Assembly: GCF_036971445.1 (NCBI RefSeq)
Contig: NC_091476.1
Location: forward strand, 10,540,001-10,604,000
Length of the DNA stretch: 64,000 nucleotides
Origin: Narcine bancroftii
Lineage: Eukaryota
Direction: 5' to 3'
Program-made: the position numbers and the translations under genes
In this document: positions 49,201-61,300 of the stretch, in pieces
How the letters are laid out: each line of letters starts with the position of its first letter
Numbering within the stretch: position 1 is the first letter of the stretch
The notes under the pieces: generated by a model
Told to the model about the DNA's origin: nothing
What the model saw: the letters and a program-made list of their open reading frames with translations, nothing else
Database searches by the model: none

Positions 49201-52200
49201 TTGAACTCTCATCTGTAGTTATAAACTGTGTTTGCATTAAAAATCTTCACAAAACTTCACTCTATTATAGCTTTAAATATCCTGCTTACAAATCCTTTAA
49301 AGAAATTTAAATATTTTTAAAAGTTAGCTCTGCAATGACTATTTTATAGGATTACTTTCTAAAAGTACGCTTGGTTTCAAGACTCGTTATTAGAAGTGAT
49401 CTTGCAGTTCTTATTTTCCTAACATTTACTCTTGATTCAGTTGAAGCAATAGTTTGAGTTTATGATGGCAAGTTACAAGTCAGTGCTTAAATGACAATAC
49501 CATTTGAGAGGCTCTTATAATGCATTTTGTCTTCTAAAATCAGAAAACAATACTTTAAAAAAATTCAAACAAATGATTAAAATTATTTGTGGCTTGGCCC
49601 TGGAACCTTCCCTCATGTAAATATTTATGCCCTACACTAACTTTACCATTTGTTTTGCAGAAGTTTGAAAATTCAGTAGATTTTCATCTTGATTCAATTC
49701 TATTCTACGTAACGATCGCAGGTCAAACTGGTCCAGTGACCTTTTAAAAATGTTTTCTTGTTAAAATAATTTTATCTTCATGTCAAAACTCCAAATGTAG
49801 CACAGGAACCATTTTTATATGAATAAACAACTTCTTCATTGAGAACCAGCTTCATCTCCATAAACACAACTTCTCCCTTTTCTAATCATGGATTTCCCAG
49901 CAGTAGTACTTCACAACACACTCAGCACACAAGGTCAAATATTAGAAGAACATGAAGTATAAATTCATTGTCCAGTTAAAGCAGAAATAATACAAAATGT
50001 TCACATTATATTTTACTAAAGCCTTCCCATATTTCTGACTAAACTCCCAATCTCAGTTATCTAGATGCAAACAAGTGAATTCATGCTTAATTACAGAATA
50101 GTTACATTCCACCAGCTTCATGAACAAACAATATGAAAAATATTGGATTTGGGAATGATACATACAGCATGGTGTCCAGTCCTTCCAGCCCATGAGCCAC
50201 GTCACCCAATTAATCTACAACCTCAATATGTATATTTTTTTGAAGGATGCAAGGAAACCGGAGCACCCAGAGGAACCCCATAGAGAGAAGGTACAAAATC
50301 CTTACAGACAGCACTGAATTTGAAACCAGATCACTGGTGCTGTAACAGCTTTGCGCTAATCACTAAGCTAAATGTGCCGTGATAGGTAAAACTTACTTGA
50401 GAACTTGTAACCATCACCTTAAAATAAGCAAATTTGAAACCAAACCAATTATAACATTGGAGAAACACAGAAGCCACAGCTGTTGGAATCTTGAGCAAAG
50501 AATTGCTGGGTAGCATCTATGGGTAGAAATTGTCAGTAAACGTTGAGTCAAAACCTTTTAATTGAGACTTGATAAAGGGATTCCACTCAATGTGGACTGA
50601 TAATTAGAATCCATGAATGGTGAGTGACTACAGCAATTCTTCGTTTGCTCAATTAAAATGGAGACCTAGTTTCTTTCAAATGACAGCAAACTATGACACT
50701 AACTTGAATTCTTGATGAACTCACTTTGTTTCCTTTGACTTCCCAATAACTTGCATTCAAATTGAGCCTTTATCATAATAAAATGTCTTATGGTAGTACT
50801 ATCAGATAAAATTTTATAAAACACTTTAGTTAGGCCACACTATTATGTATAACTCTGGATGCCTGTAACAGGATGGTGTGAAGCCTTTGGAAAGAATACA
50901 GAAGAGATTTACCAGGATGCTCCCTGGATTAGAGAGTTTGAGCTTTAAGGAAAAGTTGGACAAACTCCAGTTTTGTCTAGAAGCATCATAGGCGGAGGGA
51001 TGACATGATGGAAGTTTATAAAATTATGAAGCATAGATAGTCAGTCAGAATCTTTCTCCCCCAAGGTGAAAAATATTACACACTAGAGGGCATGCATTGC
51101 AAGTGGGGGAGGGGAGGAGAAAGAGTTTAAAGAAGATGTGTGGGACAAACTTTAAAAAAAATACACAGAGAATGGCAAATGCCTGGAACAGGCTGCTGGG
51201 GGTAGTAGTGGAAGCAGATATGACAGTTGCATTTAAGGAGCTTTTAGATAAACAATGAAACAATGAATATTCAAGGAATAGTGTCATGTGCATGCATAAC
51301 TGTGGCTTATTTTGGGCATCATGTTTGATGCACACATTGTAGGTTACATTGCCTGTTAAAATTTAACAGTGATCAAATCCATCCTCGTGGCTCAAACATG
51401 TTTAACGAGCGTCTTAGTAAATTTGTTAACTTGGGACAGGGAGTTAAAGGAAAAGTTAACAATTTCCATGTTTATGGACTGAAAGTTTTTGAAAATAGAG
51501 TCTTATCCATGAAACTGCCAAGGTCAACAGATTTAACAGCTGGAGGAGTTTAAAGAGATAGAATTTTAAAATTTTAGGAGTCTAAGATCAGGGTTTTTTT
51601 TTTGGAAACACTCTTTTTGTCCATTCCTGTGGTTTTCTTCAGCTTGAAGCCCATCAGTAAAACAAACACTTACTTGTTTAGTTTCTGCCATTCTTTTTAA
51701 AATTTCTATTTCTTGATTTATGCTCTCAATCTCTTCCAGACTTGTGCTTATCCACTTTTGTAAATTCAATAGATAAAATTTCCTTGTCTGCTCGTCGTCT
51801 GCTTTTCCATTGCATATAACAGATTTAATCTCTTTTAATTTGGCTTCAGTTTCTTTCTTCATATTATATCTGTTTGAGAAAAAAAAAGAAAATTATGTTT
51901 TGAGTATTTCTACACAAGGTGCCACAATCATTCAAAGATCAGTCCCAGAAAACAAAAAAAAAAATTAAAATAGTACCTTTCAATTTTAGCCTGCCTTTTT
52001 GCTGCCATGGAGAGTAAGCTGGATTGATTTGAAACAGTAGGTCTACTGGGATCAACACTTGCTTTATCAGTTTCTTCTTTATTTTCTGTAATTTGGGGGA
52101 ACTCAAATGTCATGACATTATAATCTTTGCAACGCCGCAAGAAGTCCATGTAATAGACTCGGGCCTTTTGTACATGTTCAAGTCGCTTTGCAGAGTTCCC

Positions 52201-53941
52201 TAGTTTCATTGTAAGAGCTCCCAGTAACACAGGCAGCAACAGGTACTTGACATCTGCAGTGGCAATTTCTTCTAACTCTTCATTTCGACTGTAATAGAAC
52301 CACAAATTTAAAAAAAAAATCTAAATTATGATGACAAATTATACAATTTCACATTTAAGCCAACTATGATAAAATAACTTGGGGAGTTGCTTGATGGATT
52401 GGGCCGGTGAGCAATTTGGGAGGTGATCCACTCTATCTGCTTATGATGAGCTTCTGTGCACTCCAGACAAATTGCTCCAAGATCCTTAATCCTTCTTTGA
52501 GCAGAATTGGCACATTTTCTACAGGTGGACCATCAAAAGCATACTCGCTGGGTGCATCACTGTGGTCAGGGAAATGCTCGGATTAAGATCATAAGTGAAA
52601 GAAGGCAGTGAATGCAACTCACAAGCTTCTCTCCCCTCCATGGTAACACACTGAAAGACACATAACAACTCAGACACTCTTCTCCCTGATGGGAGAAGGC
52701 TTAAGAGTGTGAAAGCACACACCTATAGGCTTAAAAACAGTTTCTTCCCTGCAGCCATTGTCCCCTGAATAAATCACAAGTGCTATATCATGCTTGCTTG
52801 GTGCTAATTGACTGTCCTTTTCGTTATAATCCTATACACTTTTTACATAGCTGCATAAATGTTACAGATAATCTGTTAATGTTTGCTGAAGAACCCCTCT
52901 CACTGTACTATTTATGACAAATAAGTTTAAATGGACCTCGAATTCCCACCAATCACATGGACGTTTCAAGAATATTCTCTCAAATGATTTCCTTCGATTG
53001 CCTATTAATTTCTTGTAATGAGGATGGCACCTGGTTGAGAATGTGAGGTGCCAACGACATCAGAGCTAATGGTTGTACAACACTCTCACCCATTAAAACA
53101 AGTTCAATAACAGAATGATTTTCCGTCACTGACCATTAACAACAAGTTTATTTGCGTACATAAAAGTATTTCAAAATCAGGTGAATTTAGGTTTTTTTTA
53201 AAAAAAAGTGGAACATCACAATTAATGGCATGCTTAATCAAATCCCAAACTCACTTTGCAATTGTAATCTTGACTACGGGGTGGGAGTGGCAGTATTGGT
53301 ATTCGGAACCATTTCTTAATATTTGAATTTTGGCTCTAGGAACTTTAGAATTTGTTAGGATCTTTAGAATTTGTTAGCAAAGAACTTGTTTCCATACTAT
53401 AGGAGTCCAGACCAGCTGAACTCAGTGTAGACTCAGGTGTAGCTTATTTTTCAAAGGATTCTGGGTCACCATGCAGAAGGGGTGGTCCAAGTAACGTGGG
53501 TGGGGAATGGGCACAACTTTTGACGAATTAATAAACTCTTAATTGCTGAGAGTAAAGACACCTTCCAACCAGACAATACACCACTGCAACCAAATGCCTG
53601 CTGGTGGTCGACCACGTGGTCCCCCCCGCCCGCCCGCCCTTTGAGGAACATTGTGAGTGCGCGGTCCGAGTGCCAGCTCCGGTCGCCGACGGGCTCTCCC
53701 GCTCGGTTTACCTGAACAGGTCCAGCTCGTTCACCATCCGAGTGGCCTGCTCCAGCAGCTCCACCCCCCGCCGCACCTTGCGCTGGAAGGTCTCCGAGTT
53801 GGACGACTCGCTGCTGCTTTCCACCTCGTCGTGCAGCTTCCAGCCGCTCTCGAAAATGTCGGAGAGCCTTGGCATCTCGTCGGACGAGGCCGTGGCCGTC
53901 GCCTCATCCCCAGGCTCCAGCTTCCCCGCAGCCGCCGCCAT
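43149..53941 (-). CDS. IGBP1: Immunoglobulin-binding protein 1 (alpha4/TAP42, PP2A regulator), 350 aa
   Basis: Exons 53941-53712, 52288-51977, 51869-51674, 49103-49033, 46736-46624, 43279-43149, all in phase. Motifs [78 protein letters not shown]. Confidence 0.95.
44674..45021. repeat. 46-bp GC-rich minisatellite (~7.5 copies) in the last IGBP1 intron
   Basis: Unit GGGACACTTGCGTGGAGGTGAGCTGGGTTGCGCAGAAGGCCTGAAC; starts at 44695, 44741, 44787, 44833, 44879, 44925, 44971. Confidence 0.9.
45119..45319. mobile_element. Tigger-like MITE
   Basis: TA|CAGGCAGTTCCC...GGGGAGTGCCTG inverted ends, TTCGTAA subterminal repeats. Confidence 0.65.
46624..46736 (-). CDS. IGBP1: IGBP1 coding exon 5
   Basis: [32 protein letters not shown]. 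Confidence 0.93.
46775..46997. mobile_element. Partial compound hAT MITE
   Basis: First hairpin unit plus spacer of the family at 9207/12955. Confidence 0.65.
49033..49103 (-). CDS. IGBP1: IGBP1 coding exon 4
   Basis: PRVTRPQRPPMQPFILTRNAVEA; ttattcag| and |gtaagt junctions. Confidence 0.9.
50810..51350 (+). mobile_element. Decayed CR1-type LINE 3' fragment
   Basis: ERIQKRFTRMLPGL / TRGH-type sequence; similar fragments at ~39370-39580, ~47200-47590, ~59820-60330. Confidence 0.6.
51674..51869 (-). CDS. IGBP1: IGBP1 coding exon 3
   Basis: YNMKKETEAKL...EEIESINQEIEILKRMAETKQ; |gtaagt donor. Confidence 0.92.
51977..52288 (-). CDS. IGBP1: IGBP1 coding exon 2
   Basis: [19 protein letters not shown]...RQAKIER. 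Confidence 0.93.
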
Positions 53942-54070
53942 CGCCCGGAGACGGAGTTGCCCTCACTGCACATGCGCCAGCCCGCAGCGGGTGGTCAAGG
54001 GCGGGTCGGACAGTGCCACCTGGCGGTGGGAGTCCCGCGTTCAAAGGGAAGGCACCTCGACACCCACTGG
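53600..54070. promoter_or_regulatory. CpG-island promoter of IGBP1
   Basis: CpG-dense region around the ATG; NRF1-like GCACATGCGC (~53968), GC box GGGCGG (~53999), CTCF-like GTGCCACCTGGCGG (54013-54026). Confidence 0.7.
53712..53941 (-). CDS. IGBP1: IGBP1 coding exon 1
   Basis: ORF 53708..53941 inside a CpG island; donor AG|gtaaac. Confidence 0.9.
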
Positions 54071-54699
54071 TCAATCACATTGGTTCCAGGAAACAATTGA
54101 GGAAATTTAAAAAGAAAATCACTTCCAATTAAAATGCTTCTCTCACCCCAAAACAGATGGAATAGAGTGAACATGGGACGTAAGAAGATGAGAAATAGAA
54201 GCAAGGGTAGGTCCTTCAAGTCATCTAAAACTTTAGCTGGTTCTCTTTTGCACAGTTACTTAGTTTTTCCAGCATTTTTCAGTTTCTGTTTTCATATCAT
54301 TTTTTTTTGTTTTTAACTGCACTCATATAGCTCTGGTCTGCCAGGCTAAACCCACACCCTTATTATGACACAGACCAAGAAGCTAGTTGTCATGTAACTG
54401 CCCAGCATTGAGTTATTTCTACTCCTTTGTTCTTCATCTCCTGACCTTCCAGTTTACTGAAAACTAACTTGCATCCCTCCATCTTTCCTAGTTCTGTCGA
54501 GGGGTCCATAGTATGAAACTTTAGTTTCCACTTCCACAGATGCTGCCTGACTTGCTAAGTTTTTTTTTTGCAGTACTCTCTGGTTTTTATTTCAGATTGC
54601 CTGCATCTGGAGTTTTAAAGAAATTCTCACTGTTAAAATGTGCAAGTGGTTTTTTTTTCCACCAGTTGCCTTTGATGCTGACTGGCTTTACAATATTAC

Positions 54700-55450
54700 T
54701 CAAGTAAAAATTCAGATTTCAGATTATTATTAGAGTGCATACATGACATTACATACACACTTGAGATTCTTTTTCCAACAGGCAAAGTAGAGGGGATGAT
54801 AATGTTAAATACTGAATTGTAGTCAATAAAGAGCATCCAGATGAATGCATCTCTGCTGTCCAGGGCTCTGTGTAGAGCCAATGAGATGGCATCCGCCGTA
54901 GACCTGTTGTTATGATAGGCGAATTGGATATAACCAGGTCGCCGTTCAGACAGGAGCTGATACTCTTCAACACCAGCCTTTCAAAACATTTAATCACTGT
55001 TAATGTAATTGCCTCTGGTCGATAGTCATTAAGGCAGGTTACTGCACTCTTCTTGGGCACCAGTATGATTGATGCTCTCTTGGAGTGAGATGTTGAAGAT
55101 ATCTGTGAATACATTGGTAAGTTGCTCAGCACAGATTTTTAATACTTGACCAGGTACTCCATCCAGACAGGTGGCTTTCCTCGGATTCTCTCTCCTAAAG
55201 GCAGAATACACGTCATCCTCTGACATGGACAGGAGAGCATAATGAGGGGTCTTGGGGTGCTGAGGTGTGGTTCTTCACTGTCACTGTGTTCAAATTGGGC
55301 ATAGAAGGCAATGAATTCCTTTGGGAGTGAAGTATTGCTTTCTGCTACTGCATTGGATTTGGTTTTTCAGCAGGTTATGTCATTTAGGCTCTGCCACTGC
55401 TGTCGGGTGTCCTTTGTTATTTCCATTTTCATTGGAATCTCCACCTGGGA
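54700..55450 (-). mobile_element. Rex1/Babar-type LINE RT fragment
   Basis: ORFs 55029..55226 and 54749..55132: RKATCLDGVPGQVLK, PKKSAVTCLNDYRP..LT..KCFERLV, LFIDYNSVFN. Confidence 0.75.
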
Positions 55451-55639
55451 AATGCTGAGGATTCTGCAAACCATATATGTATTGGCAATTTTCAACTTGC
55501 ATATACTGCATTGATAAATCAACTCCCATTCAGGATACCTGAAAGTATGAAACTTAAACAGTGATTATTCCCCACTGTGCCATATGTGTCCAGCAACAAT
55601 GTTTAAATATTAGGAAATTGAAATGATAATTAAAGTATG

Positions 55640-56465
55640 AGATTCAGAATTTATTGTCATGAACATGTCATAGAATTTGTTGTTTTGCAGCAGCGTCAGA
55701 GTGTAAATATACCTATAAAATTACATTTAAAAGTAAATAGGTTAGTGCAAAAAAAAAAGTGAAAGTGAGGTAGTGTCTGTGGTTCATTACCCATTGAGAA
55801 ATCTGATGGCAGAGGGGAAGAAGCTGTTTTTGTGCCGCTGGGTGTTCATTTTTTGGCTCCTGTACCTCCTCCTCAATGGTAGCAGTGAGAAGAGGGCATG
55901 GCCTGGGTGTTGAGGGTCCTTGAGGATCGTGGCTACCTTCTTAAGACACTGCCTCTTGCGGATGTCCTTGATGGAGGGCAGACTGATTCCCATGATGGTG
56001 CTGGCCAAGTTCACAATCCTGTATTTTCTTCTTGTCCTGTGCATTGGCACCTCCATACCAGACAGTGATGCAACCAGTCAGAGTGCTCTGCATGCCGCTG
56101 GTGAGCATTCTTCATGATTGAATTGACACGGAGGCCCCAAGACAGATCCTCAGAGATGTCGACACCACAATCAGCTCTTTGGTTTTGCCAACGTTGAGTG
56201 CAAGGTTGTTGGTGTGGCACCACTCAGCTAACTGGTCTATCTCCTTCCAGTATGCTTCCTCATTGCCATCTGTGATTCTGCCGATGATTTTGGTGTCATT
56301 TGAAAATTTGTTGATTTCATTTGAATTGTGCCTAGCTATACAATCATGGCTCTATAGCGAGTAGATCAATGCATCCTTGAGGTGCACCTGTTGTGATCGT
56401 CAGTGAGGAGATTTTGTTTCCAATTTTTATTGTCTGTGGTCTTCTGATGAGAAAGTCAAGGGTCT
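55640..56465 (-). mobile_element. Rex1/Babar-type LINE 3' fragment
   Basis: DPQHPGHALFSLLPLRRRYRS...NSFFPSAIRFLN; a similar + strand piece lies at ~62010-62400. Confidence 0.75.
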
Positions 56466-58213
56466 AAATACCTTTGTTGAGTAGAACATCTGCGCACATG
56501 TTAAACTGGCAACTCAATAAGCTTCTTGCAAATGGTGAAGTGGTGACAATTACTCATTGGTTGATGACAGAGCAGATGTAAAACCAAACAGCTGACTTAT
56601 GAACACATGTTTGTAACAGGTAGTTTCGTTTGTATTGGGAAATTGCAGGTGTACTCTCATTAATGAATGTGTTCTCTAATCCTGGCTAGCTTGCAGACTA
56701 CATTGTCAATAACAAATTTTAATGTTTATTTTTATTTTCCAAATTATTCGATGAACTAGAAATGATTGGGACAAAATAAATTAAGGGGGTGTACTATGAT
56801 GTTGTACAAGGTTATATATCAGAGCTTGAGATTAATGACATTAATCAATGGCATTTCATTTCATAAAACTATTGCGATAATCTCTGGGTAGTGGTTTTCT
56901 ATTTAAAAATAGCACTATTCCATTCCAAACATCAGCTTTCCCATTTGCTTCTTTAAGTCACATCATTGGGTGAGCACAATTACTGAGAAATGCTCAAACA
57001 CGTTTCTCAGAACATTCTATCAGTCTTGGTGAGATTTGAATTGGCTCCATTGTCCAATTTCTACATCACTCATATTCTCATCTTATAAAGTGTAATTCTC
57101 ATATTTACACAGATCCCTCTTCATTTTGAGGCATTCACATTGCACAGTTTCTGGGTAGAGAAAAATAATCAAGCATTAAATAAAATAACTGATTTTATTT
57201 ATAATACAAAAAATCTTTTTACTCAAAATCATTATCTCATTTGTATTTTTCTTACAATAAGAAACTCACAAATTAAAGCAAAGCCTTCATTATCCAGCAA
57301 ATTTCCAGGTTAGATAATAGAAATGGATGGATAATTGTGTCCCAAGTATTGTTCTTACAGATATGATATAGCAATAGCCTGGAAAAGGAAATGAAGAAAA
57401 ATGCAGCACAAATAACACAAATTGCATGTAATCTATCTTCTCGATTGAGGTGGATTTATATCAGACAGGATGAGATTAATGTTAGGAGACTCTGCCATAG
57501 GAGAACATCTTGCAGCAGACTCTGCTTCATGAAATTGCCAGCAGTTAAATGGAACATGGATAATAGACACTCTACAATTATATATGTAATAATTTTAATT
57601 TCAGATATATTAATTAGAGCTGCCATTTAACATAATTTTAATCACGAGTATCAAAAAATAACCTGATTTCTCTTCACATATTTCTCCATGTGAATTACAA
57701 AAGTGCAATTATAATGTATAGCAGATTTTTTTTCATTGTCAATGCTATATTGCAGACAATGCATCAGCAATTTAAGAAAATGAACATTCTGAAATCTAGA
57801 GCACAAAGAAACCCTGTGTCTGCAACTGAAACATAACCAGGCAGTCTCAATACCTATTGAGTGGCTGTGATGTGACTTGTAATTGCTTTAGTATTTAAAT
57901 TATTCATAGATAACTGCTAAACTTAAACCTAAACTTACTCACTGTTCCATTAGGGAAAGGCAGAAATAATGCTTTTGAAGCAATTGGTTTTACAAAAGTG
58001 AAAAATGGAGCTTGAAAATTAAAGGGAATACTAAAATCTTGAGAAATAAAATCTCTTTAAAATTTGGTTCCTGAAACATTTTAGAAAATGAAATAAAAAT
58101 AAAATCCCTGAAATTCAATTTATTCATTAAAGGGTAAAACACGTGTGGACACGTGATTGAAGTAAAAATACACCATGCTGGAGAGATTCAGCAGATCAAA
58201 CCCAGTGTTCTTT

Positions 58214-58363
58214 TTTTTTTATAAACTTTATTTAAGATTTTATAACATATAGGATTACATTAAAAAAATTAAGAATAAAATAATAAAATTACAATACAAT
58301 ATCAGTAATCTAAATAAACTATACCCTCCCCAATAATTATTACACATTAATAACGCAACTCAA
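58214..58363 (-). mobile_element. Short poly(A)-tailed retroposed insert (5'-truncated L1-like)
   Basis: Poly(T) and TTTATT on the + strand, flanked by a 16-bp TSD AAACCCAGTGTTCTTT (58198-58213, 58364-58379). Confidence 0.7.
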
Positions 58364-61300
58364 AAACCCAGTGTTCTTTATGTAGCAAACATAACGGACG
58401 TTTTGGGCTTGAGCCCTTCATCAAAGTATTCATTAATACAAGTTCACTTTGATTCCTCTTCCATTTCATAAATAATCCCAATAACTCAAAAACGTGCATT
58501 TGATTGATTGGAAAGATTCATTGGAAAGCAAATTGAAAAAAAAATCATTATAATAAGAAACAGTTCCTACTCTTCAAAATGGTAGTTAGTGAATAACTTA
58601 ATTCTCTTTGGAATATAATTAAGCATGCTCTTTATAATGATTAATGATGGATTTTTGATTAATATTTCACCCAATTTATTTATTATTTCAATGTAAGTAG
58701 GACGTAGAAGTAGAATTCATTTGGTTATCCCACTAATCTTAATTAACTAAGATCTTGTATGCATTGAGGCAGTCTCTTGGCAAACAGATCGAGAAGAACT
58801 GCTGGTCCCAGAGGAGGAGTTCAAGGAAATGATCATCCAAAGAATATTCCAATCTTGATTCCCATTTCAGCCTTGTCTGCAAGTGAAAAAATCTGAAATG
58901 GGTCCCAAATACCTTCAATCACAACACTATGTTGAAGATCAAATTCTCCTTGTGAGGTTGTCACCCTTATGGTGGCCAATTTCATGCACTTTAGATGAAA
59001 TATTAGTAGCGGAGTAGATTATATGTGGCAATATCTTTGGACCTTGTCAGTAATCAAATACAACGCACAGCAGAATTAGTTCACCTCTCAGGTAAATTGT
59101 TGCGACATAACATTGTCTAGGAGTGCCATCCTCAAAAAAGAAATAAATCTAACCTATTTAATTACCAATTCACCAACATTCTGATGCAAGAACAAAACTT
59201 ATTCTGTTCCTCTTGTTTAAAGCTGCGGAGTATTTCCAGATTATTTTGTTTTTATTCAGACTTCTAGCATCTGGTGTGTGTTGATTTTGGGTCATCATTT
59301 TGTCATCTTTCAAATACCAGTTATGTGAAAAAACTCATCAGTTGTGCCATCTATAAAAATAAATTACTTTTTCATGAATTCTTAGTTCAGCTCTGATAGA
59401 ATCACAATTCCAGATCTTCCTTTGGCCTTGATTCACATGCAGAGAATTGAATCTTAGTGGACCATTTGTCTGAGTAAGAATGGAAGAAAGACTTGCATTT
59501 AGGAATTACCATCCACTTCCCTTAAAGACATCCTGAAACTCCCACAGCCAATCAAGTATTACAAAGTATAAACAGAGCTGTAATTAGGGAAATGTGACAG
59601 CTTCTTTCCACAGTAAGCTTCCATAAACCAAGTAATAATGAACAAAATAACTCCCCACCCCCCCCCCCCCCCCCCACCCCGCTCTTTGAAACAAAGCAGT
59701 GGAATCTTTTATATTCATTGGAGAATATAAAGTCAGGGCATTAATTAAGAATTCATTTGAAAGATAGCACCTCCATACATGTGTACCACATATAAGGAAA
59801 ACAAATTGCAAGTTATCTTTCATTGCTATAGGATTGAACGCAAAAGAATTTTTGTCTAGCTACAATTATATATTGCCTCTATGAGACCATAGCTGGAAAA
59901 AAATAATTCCTAACTGGGGAAGGCAACAAATATACGCTAACATTTGATTCCTAACTAGGGTCTGTCGAACAACAAAAGATGGATTTGGCAAAACTCCGTC
60001 TCCAGATGTGATTTGATTGAAATACACATGTTTATCGGAGCTTTTTAGGGGTAAATTTGGTGTGGATGCTACCCTAGATAGAAAACTTAGAACTAAAGGT
60101 CACTATCTGAAAATAAATAGTTATTTATTCACCAGGATGGCGTTTTGGAATTCTTCAACCCGGAGGGTAGAGGATGACCAATGACTGATTACACTCAAAA
60201 CAAAGAATGCTAGATTTTTTGGTATATTAAATGATTCAAAGGACAGGGATAAGACAGAGTAAATTGCATTTGAGGTAGATGATCAGCCATGAACTTGCTG
60301 AATGACATCTGCTCCTATTCCTTATGTCTAGTAAAGGAAATTCTATAGCTTTCTCTCCCGTGAGTAAGACAGAGAGTCACCATTTGTCAAGCACCCCTCA
60401 CAGAAACTCACAACCCCTGATTTACGAGACCAGTGTCCTAACCTCTGAGCTATCGGAGCCTCTCTAATAGTGCGGCACTCACCCAGTACTGCACCTTAGC
60501 GACAATCTAGATTGTCTTCAACTTGAATGCAGCATGTTCTAGCTCAGAAGTGTGGATGTTACCAACTAATACAATACCACAGAGCTTAGCAAAATTGTTG
60601 GTGAGTGCTGATACCTGAAAGCCATATGGTGTTTATGGTAATTGGAAGGCCATTTCAGTTCCAACATATCAATGCATAGGTTTTTCAGGAACATGTTCTT
60701 ATCCCAGCTATGATTTGTTGACTTTGAACAACTATTTTTCACCTCAAAGGCCAAGAATAACACTAAAATAAAAGGAGAAAATGCCAGAAAACACTTTGTG
60801 GATCATCTTCCATTGGGGAGAGAGAAACACAATACTGCTTTCAGGTTTGATGACCTTTTGTTTTGAACTATTGATTGATGACACCACAGTATCCAGGTCT
60901 GTTTACAGCTCCTGTGATTGTGTAGCTGTCATATCAGTCGGCAGATCTGCCAATGGATCAATCAGGATAGACCTAACAAGTATCAGGTACATTTATACTT
61001 TGTAAGTGGTAGATGGTGGCCAACTTGAACAAAAAAAAAGACTCGTTGCTGCTCTACAACTTTCAAAAGTACCACAACCTAATAACAATATCTTGATGGG
61101 GAGGGAATCCAGTGATCAAAGAGTTCATCTTATTTATTGGATCATTACTGTAATTGCAAGAGTGGAAGAGAAGCTACATACTTTGTATAAAGTGGCTTGC
61201 CTCTTGATGACTGAAAGCCATTCCACTGAGCAAGTCCCCAGACAGGATTAAAATTATGTATTCACCACTAATAATTCCAGATATTCTTCTGGACGATTGT

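Noticed and set aside
53604-54110. 168-aa and 147-aa + strand ORFs over IGBP1 exon 1
   Set aside because: Antisense shadows in a GC-rich CpG island.
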